Counted from the stretch's first letter, positions 28,418 to 38,103 are shown. The stretch: 64,000 nt of DNA from an uncultured delta proteobacterium (GCA_963812015.1 CAWETI010000002.1:160001-224000), one strand, 5' to 3'. The notes: generated from the letters alone by a model not told the origin. Numbers and translations are program-made.

Positions 28418-29080
28418 TCATTTCTGTTTATTGGAACCCTCCCACCACACCGGGGTCATCTCCATCCGCGCCGCTTCCACCAGGCTGTCGATGGCCTCCT
28501 GGGATTGGGGCGTGGTTTGGAAACCCGGTATTTCCAGGGCATGGCTGATGAGGCTCACCGCGTCGTCCACCGAGATGGTTTTAAGGTGGATGACCAGGTC
28601 ATACAGGGTGGCATCCCAGGCGTCGGCCCCATACAGATAGAGGGCCCATTTGCGGCGCTCCTCATCATCCCGCGTGATGATCTCCCGGGCTTTGTCGGCG
28701 GAGATGCCCTCGCGCTTCACTTCGTCCGCCACCCGGGCCTCCAGGTCGCCCACGATGCGCACCTTGAGCACATGCGGGATGTCCTGGAGAAAAAAATGCC
28801 CGAACAAGCCATGGTAGACCACGTTGTCTTTCTGAACATGCCTCAACAAGGCAGCCCGGATGAACGCTACGTACTTTTCTTTCTGGCGGGTGAACCGCTC
28901 CAGGATGGAGGGGGCGTCTTGAATGGCCCGGATCAGCTTGATCTCCGGGATATTGAATTCTGCCGAGGCCTCCAGGAGAATTTCCCGGGAGATACACTGA
29001 TACCCGAGCTTTTGGGCCAATTTTTCCGCCACTTCCTTGCCACGATAATAGGAGCCCCTGGAAATAGTGATAATGGCCAT
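28418..29080 (-). CDS. Cytidylate kinase-like family protein
   Basis: ATG 29080 (MAIITISRGSYYRGKEVAEKLA) with aagga SD; NVVYHG, LKVRIV, DEERRKW, YDLVI. Confidence 0.85.
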   Translation of the reverse strand: MAIITISRGSYYRGKEVAEKLAQKLGYQCISREILLEASAEFNIPEIKLIRAIQDAPSILERFTRQKEKYVAFIRAALLRHVQKDNVVYHGLFGHFFLQDIPHVLKVRIVGDLEARVADEVKREGISADKAREIITRDDEERRKWALYLYGADAWDATLYDLVIHLKTISVDDAVSLISHALEIPGFQTTPQSQEAIDSLVEAARMEMTPVWWEGSNKQK

Positions 29081-29287
29081 CTCTGATCCTTTCTTGGTTG
29101 GGTCAGTTGGGCCCCTTCCCCCTGGCCAAGGCACGCCAGGCTGAGTGGGACGCCAAGCCACAGACGCATGGCCAGGCGCGCCTCCGGAAGGAGTCCTTTC
29201 GTTTGCCGGTGATAGAGGTTAACACAGTTACCTGAGATTTCAAGATTTTCCGATGCGGCCTGACCACGGGCGGCCCAGCCTGACGGG

Positions 29288-29962
29288 TCATGGCCGCCAC
29301 AGGAGAAACGGCGCGCCGGTGCGGTTCAGCCACCGGCGGCGGGCGGCGTAGTCCGGCAAGACCTTGGCCACCTGGCCCCAGAAGCGGGGGTTGTGCCCCG
29401 GGACCTTAAGGTGCGCCAGTTCATGGACGATCACGTAGTCGATGACCTCCGGGGGGCACATGATCAGGCGCCAGTTGAATTTGAGGGTGCCGTCGGGATG
29501 GCATTCGCCCCAGCGCCGCTTCCACTCCTTGAGCGTAACCGGGCCCGGCGTCAGGCCCATGGAGGTCCCGAAATGGCTTACCCGCTCCTGAAGCAGCCGA
29601 AAGGCGCGCTCCGCGTACCAGGCGACCAAACGGGACCAGAGATCGGCCCCTTCCGGCAGAGGCACCCGGATCTCTTTACCGTTTAAGGTCACGGCTCCCT
29701 GCCCGCCCCTAAGTACCGTGAGCCGGAACGGCTGTCCCAGGAAGTAGGCCTCCCCCTCCTTGAGGCGGTTCCAGGCCGCTTGCCTTTCCGCCACCTTGGC
29801 CTCGATCCAGGCCCGGTGTTTGGAGAGGGCTAGGGCGAGGCTCTCTTGGGAGGTTCCCCGGGGTAGGCTGACCACCACCCGGCCCTCGTTGGTGACCATG
29901 AGGCCGATGCTTTTCCGCCGGGGGCTGAGGCGGTATTCGATGTCCAGGTCGTCGAATTTCAT
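29288..29962 (-). CDS. YgjP/DUF45-like HEXXH metallohydrolase
   Basis: SPRRKSI, RRWGEC, FNWRL, YVIVHELAH, HNPRFW. Confidence 0.88.
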   Translation of the reverse strand: MKFDDLDIEYRLSPRRKSIGLMVTNEGRVVVSLPRGTSQESLALALSKHRAWIEAKVAERQAAWNRLKEGEAYFLGQPFRLTVLRGGQGAVTLNGKEIRVPLPEGADLWSRLVAWYAERAFRLLQERVSHFGTSMGLTPGPVTLKEWKRRWGECHPDGTLKFNWRLIMCPPEVIDYVIVHELAHLKVPGHNPRFWGQVAKVLPDYAARRRWLNRTGAPFLLWRP

Positions 29963-30070
29963 TATTTTATTATCGCATAGAAAGTTATCGCAGGGGCGAA
30001 CCCAGGTGGGCCCATTTTACGGCGGACACGCTTAAATCCGCCCCTTCATCCCTAATCCCGTCGAACAGCC

Positions 30071-30122
30071 AAATAAAAAGGGCGGATTCAGTCTGGGCTG
30101 AAAGCCCGGGCTCAATCCGCCC
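30071..30122 (-). terminator. Rho-independent terminator downstream of the oxidoreductase gene
   Basis: Long hairpin GGGCGGATT..AATCCGCCC followed by TTTTTATTT on the minus strand. Confidence 0.75.
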
Positions 30123-30215
30123 CGTAAGGGGTTGGGAGGGGGGCTAAGAGGGGGGCAGGGACACTTACGAAAAATACGAAAAACTCCCTGGCCCTCCCCC
30201 TTAATCTCTTCGCTC

Positions 30216-33200
30216 TTACAACCTATACCGCTCCTCCACGATCTTTTCCACTTCCTCTTCCGAGGGCATGTTGTCCCGGTAGCCAGCCATGTACTGGTTC
30301 CGGAGCCACCGGAAGAGGCTGACGGTTTCGTTGATCCGGACGATCTCCGGGATGTCGCCGCTTTTCACGGTCTTGATGTGCTGGTTGTACTGGCCCAGCA
30401 TAGACACCACGTCGTAGAAGGTGGCGGCCTCCCGCTTGATGCCCCGCTTGAAGGACTTGCCCTCCTTGGGATAGATCAGGTCGGGGGCCGGGTTGCCCGA
30501 GATGTCGATGCGCTGGAAGGGCCGCCGCACCGCCACCTGCCATTTCCGGGACTCCACCATCATCCGGGAGATCATCGGCCCGGCCCAGTCGCTGGTCACA
30601 TGGCCCGTGGGGCAGGCGGAGAAGAACTCCACCAGGGAGGGGCCGTTGTAGGCGATGGCTTCCTTGAGGATCTTGATGGCGTAGAAGGGGTTGTCGATGG
30701 TGAGCTTGGCGGCGTAAACGTGGGAGATGGCCATGGCCTGGCTGATGATCCGGCGGTGGAGGGTAGTCTTGCCGGCTAACTTCCTGCCGATGGGGGAGGT
30801 GGAGCGGTCGGTCCCGAAACGGGTGGCCCCGGACTTCTGCATCCCGGTGTTCATGTAGCCTTCGTTGTTGAAGATGACCCAGGTGATGTCGAAATTTTCC
30901 CCCAGGGCATGGTTGAAGGGACCGTTGCCGATGTCGTAGATGGCGCCATCCCCGGCAAAGACGATGATCTTGGTCAGCACGCTGTTGTAGCGGTTCTGGT
31001 AGGCCTGGTCCAGGCTGAACTTGGCCCCCAGGGCGGCGGCGGAGGCGGTGCCGAAGCCGTAGTGGCCCGAGGGGTACATCCGGGTATTGAAGGGGTTCAC
31101 CAGTTCGGACACCTGGTCGCAGCCGGTGGCGTTGATGGAATAGATATTGAAGCCGTGGTCCAGCATGTGTTCGATGGCCCGCTTGTTCTTTTCCGACAGG
31201 ATCTTCAGGCCCTGGTAGAAGGTGGCGATGCCCTGGGGATTGTTGCGCAGGGACTCCGCCGCAAAGAAGGTCAGGAGGTTGATGACCCCCTCGGAGCAGC
31301 CCGGGCACAGGGTGTGCTTGCCGGGGAAGAGCTTGGAAAAAACGAAGAGCACCTGGTGGTTGAGGGAGAGCTTGTCCACGTAGGGAGCCAGGTTGACCGT
31401 GTTGTCCCACTCCCGGCAAGCCTGGGGGAGAAAGTCCTCGTCTTGCACCGCGTGTTTGTCCGCCATTTTCAAGGCGTCGGTGGGGCAGACCTGGGCGCAC
31501 ACGCCGCAGCCCTTGCAGGCGGCGGGATCGGCGTTGATATTCAAGGCGAAGCGCTCCCAGGGGATGCCCTTAGGCGGGTTCTTAAACTTCTTGAAATACC
31601 GGGCCGCCTCGTCCACCGGCCGGTCGGTGACCGTGGAAATGAGGGCCGAATCGGGGCACGAGGCGGTGCACACCCCGCAGGCGATGCACTTGGCGGCGTC
31701 ATAAACCGGCAGTTGGGCGCCGATAAAGCTCATATCCCGGTAGCGGCTGGTGCCGGCGGGCACGATGGGCAGGAAATGGTCCCAGGGGACCTTCTTGCCA
31801 TCCAGGATGGGCTTGATCATATCCTGGTAGAAGACCTCCTGGTAGTTCTCCGTCATATTCACCGGCCGGATGATGCCCATTTGGTCTTTGTCGCTGAGGA
31901 CCACCGGCAGCCCTGCGGTCCTGGGGCCCTGGCCGAAGTTCTCCGGCAGCGGCGGGGTGTAGGCCGGGGTGGTGGCGTCCAGGGCTAGGGCTCCGGGGGC
32001 TTTTTCCATGGCCTGACCGGAGGCCTGGTCAGCGCCGTACTTGACCAGGGAGACGTTGGACTCCAGCATTTCCCGCTTCTTGGTGCCCAGTTTCTTTTCC
32101 AGGATTTTTTTGAAGCGCTGCTCGAATTCGCGCTCCGGCAGGATGCCCATCTCCCGGTTGATGAGGCCCAGGAAGGCGGCGCCGGGCAGGTTCCGGTTCA
32201 GGTGCTGGAGGGCGGCCCGGGTGCCGTCGATGGTCATGAGCTTGATCTGCCGGTACTTGATCAAAGATTGCACCTGGGCCGGAAAGGTGGCCATGACATC
32301 GTAGCAGCTTTTGGGGGTGTTAATCACCAAAAGGCCGTTTTCTTTCAAACCGCCCACGTATTCCCGGAGGATCTGGTCCGAAAGGAATTTCTCGTTGAAG
32401 AAGGCCAGGACGTCCCGTTCGGTGAGTTCCGATGAGTTGCGGATGGGCTGCGCCGAGATGCGCAGGTTCATGAAGACCGGGGCGCCTTTCCGGGCGGCGC
32501 CGTAGCGGGCCCCGGATTGAATGTACTTTTTCCCCGTACCGCTTTCCTGGGCATAGATGAGGGCCGCGGACTCCAGCGCGGTCTTGACGCCCTCGGCGCC
32601 CACCCCGATGAAGGTCATACCCAACTCCCGCTCCAGGTAGCCGGGCAGGGGGGTGGGGCGGAGCGTCATGGGGCCTTCGATGCCCACGTAAAAATCCCGT
32701 TGAAAGCGCCGCTTCTTTTCGTAAAAAGAGAGCATGTTTTCCACCACCGCGGCGGCGTCGTATTTATTGAAGTCCTTGCTGCCCAGGCCGTAGACCCCGT
32801 GGAACAGGGTGGGCATGTCTTCCCGCCCATAGATGCGGTGCTCTTTCTTACCTTCCCGGCCGGCCCGGATGGAGATTTGCAGGGAGGCCTGCACGTCGGC
32901 CAGGAGGAGCTGGTTGTGGGCGGTGCCCGCCCGCTCCATAACGGAGATTACCTTGGCCTTGCGCATGCCGTAGGCCAGCTCTTCGTAGCAGGGCGGGTTG
33001 AACAGCACCGGCCGCACCACCCCGATCTTGTAGCCCTTCACGTCCCGGTAGTAGTCCACCACGTCCTTGATCACGCCGGCGGCGGAGCCCAGGATGACCA
33101 CCACCATGTCGGCGTCTTCGGTGCGGTAGCAATCCACCACCTTGAGGTTGGAGCCCAGGATCTGGTTCATGATATTCATGGCCAGGGTGAAGCCCCGCCG

Positions 33201-34091
33201 GAAAAAGCGGTACGCCAGGTCCTGAGCCACCTGGCCTTCCATGGTCAGATCCGTGTCGGTAAAGGTGCCGGTGAGGGTGCCGTGCTCGAAGTTGGGCTGG
33301 TAAATGCGGTTGGGCGGCCCCACGTAATACTCCAGGAAGGCGTTGGAGAGTTCCTTGATGTTCTCGATGGCGTGGCTCTTGATGAAGCCGTCGCCGATGA
33401 CCATGGTGGGCAGCATCACCTGTTTGAGCTCACTCACCTTGTAAGCCACGGGCAACAGGTCGTGCAGTTCCTGGTTGTCCTCGCTGACTAACTGGGCCCA
33501 GCCGGCATTGCGCACCGCGTAGAAGTCGGTGTGGCCGCAGTGGATGCTCAACGAGCCCTTGTTGACCTCCCGGGCCATGACGGTCATCACCACTGGCAGA
33601 CGCTTGCCCGCCACGGAAAAGAGGTTCTTGGTCTTGAGGAGCAGGCCCTGGGACGAAGTGTTGTCGGCGTAGCGGCCGCCCTGCACCGCCATGGCCTCCA
33701 CCGCGGCAATGGCCGAGAGTTCGTCGCTGGGCTGAAAATACATCAGCTCGTTGCCGAAGAGGTTCTTTTGGCCGTTGGCCGCCACCCGGGCGAAGGTTTC
33801 GGCGATGGGGGTGGAAGGGGTGATGGGATAGCCGCAGAGACCGTCGACTAGGCGGGTCAGCACCGAAATGGCCGCCTGGTTGCCATCCATCAGGAGCTCC
33901 TGGCGTTTCTGCATATTCTCGAGCAGAGTGGGGGGGATAGAGGCCAGATCGAAGGCGAAGAGTTCGTTGGCGTCAAAGCGCTCCCATTCGGTGGGCCAGT
34001 CGATGGGCAGCACTTTGCCCTTCCTGACTTGCCGGAGCCGGTGGTAGGGGAGCTGCTGGCGCAAGGTATCGATTTCGGTGCTGGGTCGCAT
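30216..34091 (-). CDS. Single-chain 2-oxoacid (probably pyruvate):ferredoxin oxidoreductase, alpha-gamma-delta-beta fused
   Basis: YPITPS, TSSQGLLL, two CxxCxxCxxxCP motifs, CPGC, ATGC, GDGAIYDIG...NNEGYMNTG TPP motif. Confidence 0.92.
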   Translation of the reverse strand: MRPSTEIDTLRQQLPYHRLRQVRKGKVLPIDWPTEWERFDANELFAFDLASIPPTLLENMQKRQELLMDGNQAAISVLTRLVDGLCGYPITPSTPIAETFARVAANGQKNLFGNELMYFQPSDELSAIAAVEAMAVQGGRYADNTSSQGLLLKTKNLFSVAGKRLPVVMTVMAREVNKGSLSIHCGHTDFYAVRNAGWAQLVSEDNQELHDLLPVAYKVSELKQVMLPTMVIGDGFIKSHAIENIKELSNAFLEYYVGPPNRIYQPNFEHGTLTGTFTDTDLTMEGQVAQDLAYRFFRRGFTLAMNIMNQILGSNLKVVDCYRTEDADMVVVILGSAAGVIKDVVDYYRDVKGYKIGVVRPVLFNPPCYEELAYGMRKAKVISVMERAGTAHNQLLLADVQASLQISIRAGREGKKEHRIYGREDMPTLFHGVYGLGSKDFNKYDAAAVVENMLSFYEKKRRFQRDFYVGIEGPMTLRPTPLPGYLERELGMTFIGVGAEGVKTALESAALIYAQESGTGKKYIQSGARYGAARKGAPVFMNLRISAQPIRNSSELTERDVLAFFNEKFLSDQILREYVGGLKENGLLVINTPKSCYDVMATFPAQVQSLIKYRQIKLMTIDGTRAALQHLNRNLPGAAFLGLINREMGILPEREFEQRFKKILEKKLGTKKREMLESNVSLVKYGADQASGQAMEKAPGALALDATTPAYTPPLPENFGQGPRTAGLPVVLSDKDQMGIIRPVNMTENYQEVFYQDMIKPILDGKKVPWDHFLPIVPAGTSRYRDMSFIGAQLPVYDAAKCIACGVCTASCPDSALISTVTDRPVDEAARYFKKFKNPPKGIPWERFALNINADPAACKGCGVCAQVCPTDALKMADKHAVQDEDFLPQACREWDNTVNLAPYVDKLSLNHQVLFVFSKLFPGKHTLCPGCSEGVINLLTFFAAESLRNNPQGIATFYQGLKILSEKNKRAIEHMLDHGFNIYSINATGCDQVSELVNPFNTRMYPSGHYGFGTASAAALGAKFSLDQAYQNRYNSVLTKIIVFAGDGAIYDIGNGPFNHALGENFDITWVIFNNEGYMNTGMQKSGATRFGTDRSTSPIGRKLAGKTTLHRRIISQAMAISHVYAAKLTIDNPFYAIKILKEAIAYNGPSLVEFFSACPTGHVTSDWAGPMISRMMVESRKWQVAVRRPFQRIDISGNPAPDLIYPKEGKSFKRGIKREAATFYDVVSMLGQYNQHIKTVKSGDIPEIVRINETVSLFRWLRNQYMAGYRDNMPSEEEVEKIVEERYRL

Positions 34092-34220
34092 ATCGGCAAT
34101 CTCCTTAACAAGAATCTAGTCATTTCTTTATCGCAAATAAATCTAAGCTTGGCAATTAATTTTCAAGTTCCCATTGAATTATCCTTCAATAAATTGTAAA
34201 AATATTTTTGAAGGATAAAG

Positions 34221-35264
34221 ATGGCAGCCGATTATTCTTTTCGCGAATTTCAGGAAAGCCAGCAGCGCACCCTGGACCGGGCCGTCCGGGCGCATCAGGC
34301 CTATCGGGAAGCTGTGCAGGCCAGCCGGCCCTTCAAGGGGGGCATGCACTGGAAGAAGATCGCGGGCCGGGAATACTTATATAAATATCGGGATCGCTAC
34401 GGCCACGGCCGCAGCCTGGGGGCCCGCTCTCCGGACACGGAAGGCATGTGGGCCGACTTTACGGCCCAGCGCCGGGAGGCGGCTGCCCGCCTGGGCAAGC
34501 AACGGCAACTCCTGGCGGAGGCGGCCAGGTTCTGCCGGGCGGCCTTGATTCACCGAGTTCCCGACCCGGTCACCCGGATTTTGCGATATCTTACGGAGGG
34601 CGACCTGTCGGGAGGGCCGGTCATGGTGATCGGCACCCAGGCCTTGGCGGCCTATGAGTTTGCCGCGGGGGTTTTTATCGAGGCTCCCAAAGCCTCACCT
34701 TTCTGGTCGGGGGCCGGCAGCCGGCTCACCCTGGCGGCCCCGGCGGCGATCCCCCCGGCCGAACTCCTGGCCCGGCTGCGCCGGGCGGACCGCTCCTTTC
34801 AGGCCCTCCCCGGCCCAGGGTTTGTCGCCGTCAATAAAACCGGCTTTCGGGTCAGTTTTTTGACCCCACCCACGGTACGGCCCCCGCACCGGATCAGGGT
34901 CAAGGACGCCTCGAGCCCCCCCGTGCCCGCCGCCGCCGGCGATCTGGCCGCCCTGGTGCACTCCCCCAAGTTTTCCCAGGTGGTCATCGGCCGCCGGGGC
35001 GACCCGGTAACCATGGTGGTGCCCGACCCCCGGGCCCTGGCCCTCCACAAGCTCTGGCTGAGCCAGCAGGAGGACCGGGAGCCCGCCGCCAGAAGCCGGG
35101 ACCGCAGCCAGGCATCAGCCCTGGTGGAACTGATCCTGCGCTATCTGCCCCAGTATTATTTCTTTTCGGCCGAACTGCATCTGTTTCCGGCTGAGGCGAT
35201 CCGGCAGGCCGAAGGGTTGGTGGAAGGCTATGAGGTGGATGGGGACCTGGAAGGGGACTATTGA
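34221..35264 (+). CDS. GSU2403-family nucleotidyltransferase-fold protein
   Basis: GGMHWK..GREYLY, SLGARSPDTE, VIGTQALAAYE, PDPRALALHKLWLS...RD..QA. Confidence 0.75.
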   Translation: MAADYSFREFQESQQRTLDRAVRAHQAYREAVQASRPFKGGMHWKKIAGREYLYKYRDRYGHGRSLGARSPDTEGMWADFTAQRREAAARLGKQRQLLAEAARFCRAALIHRVPDPVTRILRYLTEGDLSGGPVMVIGTQALAAYEFAAGVFIEAPKASPFWSGAGSRLTLAAPAAIPPAELLARLRRADRSFQALPGPGFVAVNKTGFRVSFLTPPTVRPPHRIRVKDASSPPVPAAAGDLAALVHSPKFSQVVIGRRGDPVTMVVPDPRALALHKLWLSQQEDREPAARSRDRSQASALVELILRYLPQYYFFSAELHLFPAEAIRQAEGLVEGYEVDGDLEGDY

Positions 35265-35448
35265 GCTGCTGGCGCGCTGTCCGAGCTTCGGCTGCCCTAG
35301 CCGGCCACGCCACGGGGCCCCCCCTCGAAACCTGGAGGCGGGCCTTTTGGGGGCCAGCCGTTCACCGGGAGGAAGCCCAGGGGAAGGTTTGCACCCGCCG
35401 ATTTCCTCCTTATATTTGAACCAAGGCAGATGCTTTGGAGGTGGATGA

Positions 35449-36849
35449 ATGGATGGTACGGCCCATATCGTGCTCTCCCGGTTACAGTTCGCCCTGACCA
35501 CCATGTTTCACATCACCTGGGCGGCAACCTCCGTCGGCCTTAGCGCCCTGTTGGTGGTGATGGAGGGCCTGTGGCTGAAGATCGGAGATGACGCCTACTA
35601 TCATCATACCCGGTTCTGGGGGAAGCTGTTTCTCCTCAACTTCACGGTGGGGGTAGTCAGCGGCGTGCCCCTGGAGTTCCAGTTCGGCACCAACTGGGGG
35701 CCGTTCGCCGCGGCCACCGGCGGTTTTTTCGGCAACATCCTGGGCTTTGAAACGGTGATGGCCTTCATGCTGGAAGCCGGTTTCCTGGGCATCATGCTGT
35801 TCGGCTGGAACCGGGTGCGCCCCCAGGTCCACTTTTTGGCCACCTGTATGGTGGCCCTGGGGGCGTCTTTGAGCGCCTTCTGGATCCTGGTGGCTAATTC
35901 CTGGATGCAGACCCCCGCCGGCGGGCACTGGGAAGCCGGGCGCTATGTCTCCACCAGCTTCTGGGGCAGCCTGTTTAGCCCCGACATGCCCTGGGGGGTG
36001 TCTCATATGTGGGTGGCCTGCATTGAGTCCACCCTGTTCATGGTGGGCGGTATCAGCGCCTGGTACATCCTGAAAAAGCGCCACGTGGACTTCTTTACCA
36101 AGTCCTTCAAGGTGGCCGTGATGGCCGCGGTGGTCATGGCCCCCCTGCAAGTCTGGCTGGGAGACGGCTCGGGGCGCAGCGTGGCCCACACCCAGCCCAC
36201 CAAGCTGGCCGCCATGGAAGCCCACTGGCGGACCAATCCCCCGGGCCACGGCGCCGACTGGAAGCTCCTGGCCTGGCCCAATAAGGCCAAACAGGACAAC
36301 GACTGGACCTTTCTCACCATCCCCGACGGCTTGAGCCTGCTCATCACCCGCTCCTTTACCGGCCAGGTGAAGGGGCTCCGGGATTTCCCCCCGGAGGACC
36401 AACCGCCAATCGTCCTGCCGTTTTACACCTTCCGGATTATGATCGGCGTGGGGTTCGGCCTGTTCGGCCTCATGCTCTGGACCTTGTGGGGCTGGCGCCA
36501 AGGCTGGTTGACCCCGGTGCATATCGGCCGACAAAAATGGCTGCTCTCCGCCTGGGTGGCCGCCATTCCGGCCGGGATGGTGGCCATTGAGGCGGGCTGG
36601 ATCACCCGGGAGGTGGGCCGCCAGCCCTGGGTGATCTATGGGTTGCTGCGCACCTCTGAAGGGGCCTCTCGCCTGCCTGTCGCTGCGGTGGGCACCTCCC
36701 TTTTGGTCTACGGCGTCGTCTATACCATTCTGTTTACCGCCCTCATGATGTTTTTCTGGCGCATCCTGAAAACGGGGCCGGATCTCACCCGGCCGGCGCC
36801 CCAGCCGGGTAAGACGAGGGCGGAGCAAGGAGCCTGGCCATGGCAATGA
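35449..36849 (+). CDS. cydA: Cytochrome bd terminal oxidase subunit I
   Basis: LSRLQF..FH, EFQFGTNW, ANSWMQTP, QPTKLAAME, FRIM, EAGW..REVGRQPW. Confidence 0.95.
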   Translation: MDGTAHIVLSRLQFALTTMFHITWAATSVGLSALLVVMEGLWLKIGDDAYYHHTRFWGKLFLLNFTVGVVSGVPLEFQFGTNWGPFAAATGGFFGNILGFETVMAFMLEAGFLGIMLFGWNRVRPQVHFLATCMVALGASLSAFWILVANSWMQTPAGGHWEAGRYVSTSFWGSLFSPDMPWGVSHMWVACIESTLFMVGGISAWYILKKRHVDFFTKSFKVAVMAAVVMAPLQVWLGDGSGRSVAHTQPTKLAAMEAHWRTNPPGHGADWKLLAWPNKAKQDNDWTFLTIPDGLSLLITRSFTGQVKGLRDFPPEDQPPIVLPFYTFRIMIGVGFGLFGLMLWTLWGWRQGWLTPVHIGRQKWLLSAWVAAIPAGMVAIEAGWITREVGRQPWVIYGLLRTSEGASRLPVAAVGTSLLVYGVVYTILFTALMMFFWRILKTGPDLTRPAPQPGKTRAEQGAWPWQ

Positions 36850-37850
36850 TCCTCCCAGACCTCTGGTTCGCCCTGGTGGGCTTCATTCTCTTCCTGGCCG
36901 TGGTCTCGGACGGGTTTGACCTGGGCATCGGCATCCTCTCCCTCTTGACCCGGGATGAGCACCGCCGCAGCATGCTCATGGGCAGCATCGGCCCCGTCTG
37001 GCATGCCAACCTCACCTGGCTGGTGGTCCTGGGCGGGGTGTTCTTCGGGGCCTTTCCCGTGGCCTACGCCCTGATCTTTTCCGCCCTCTACATTCCGGTG
37101 ATCGTGATGCTAGTCGCCCTGGCTTTTCGGGGGGTGTCCTTCGACTTTCGGGAGGAAGCCCGGGACCAGGGCCCCTGGAATCTCGCCTTCGGCCTGGGGA
37201 GCCTGGCGGCCGCCCTGGCCCAGGGCTTTGCGGTGGGCGCCTTCCTCGGCGGCCTCAACCTGGCGGGCGATAAATTCGCCGGAGGCGTGTGGGACTGGCT
37301 CAACCCCTTTGCGGCCCTGGTGGCCCTGGGCCTGGTCTGCGGCTATGTGCTCCTGGGGGCCGCCTACCTCATCATGAAGACCGAGGGCGATCTCCAGCAC
37401 GACAATTACCGCTATGCCCAGGCCACGGTTTGGTCGCTACTCATCGTTACCGGGGCGGTGGGCTTGTGGGCCAGCGTCAAGTATTCTTTTCTGGCCCGCA
37501 AGTGGTTTAGCTGGCCGGAGGCGATGCTTACCACCGGTCCCACCTGCCTGGGGGTGGTGGCCTTCATCCTGGTCATCCGCAGCCTCCTGAAACTCCGGGA
37601 GACCGCCCCCTTTGTCTGGAGCCTGGTCGGGTTCGCCCTCATGATGTTTGCCGCCGCCGCCAGCCTCTATCCCTACGTGATCCCGCCGATCCTCACCCTC
37701 AAGGCGGCCGCGGCCCCCACCCTGACCCTGATGACTATGCTCGTTTTTGTCGGGATTTTGCTGCCGGTCATGCTGCTGTATAACGCCTATCAGTACCGGG
37801 TTTTCCGGGGCAAGACCACCGGACGTGGCTACGGCGCCTACGAGGAGTGA
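36840..37850 (+). CDS. cydB: Cytochrome bd terminal oxidase subunit II
   Basis: DGFDLGIG, IGPVWHANLTWLV, FGAFP, FRGVSFDFR, YRVFRGK; overlaps the end of cydA. Confidence 0.93.
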   Translation: MAMILPDLWFALVGFILFLAVVSDGFDLGIGILSLLTRDEHRRSMLMGSIGPVWHANLTWLVVLGGVFFGAFPVAYALIFSALYIPVIVMLVALAFRGVSFDFREEARDQGPWNLAFGLGSLAAALAQGFAVGAFLGGLNLAGDKFAGGVWDWLNPFAALVALGLVCGYVLLGAAYLIMKTEGDLQHDNYRYAQATVWSLLIVTGAVGLWASVKYSFLARKWFSWPEAMLTTGPTCLGVVAFILVIRSLLKLRETAPFVWSLVGFALMMFAAAASLYPYVIPPILTLKAAAAPTLTLMTMLVFVGILLPVMLLYNAYQYRVFRGKTTGRGYGAYEE

Positions 37851-37921
37851 GTCGAGACGGGACGACGGTGGGCGGGGTATTTGGGGGGGAGGGAGGGCGG
37901 GGGTACTTACAAAAAATTAAT

Positions 37922-38103
37922 TATAGCAATTGCCAAAAGTTTTTTCCGTTATGGCACATGCTCCAAGAACCTGAATCCCCCCTCCCCCCCTTTTACAAAG
38001 GGGGGAACTTAGCGGAATTCCTTTTAAAGTCCCCCTTTGAAAAAGGGGGATTTAGGGGGATTTAAAAACTATCACCGAGAGGGAATTTTTGGCAAACGCT
38101 CTA
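37922..38103. mobile_element. MITE-like element, copy 2
   Basis: Ends TATAGCAATTGCCAAAA and TTTTGGCAAACGCTCTA are imperfect TIRs bounded by TA; homologous to 2694-2877. Confidence 0.78.

Noticed and set aside
29126..29170. Plus-strand GGCAC...GAGTGGGACGCCAAGCC resembling a c-di-GMP-I riboswitch
   Set aside because: Wrong strand for the adjacent operon; lacks GGCAAA, the GNRA loop and the receptor.
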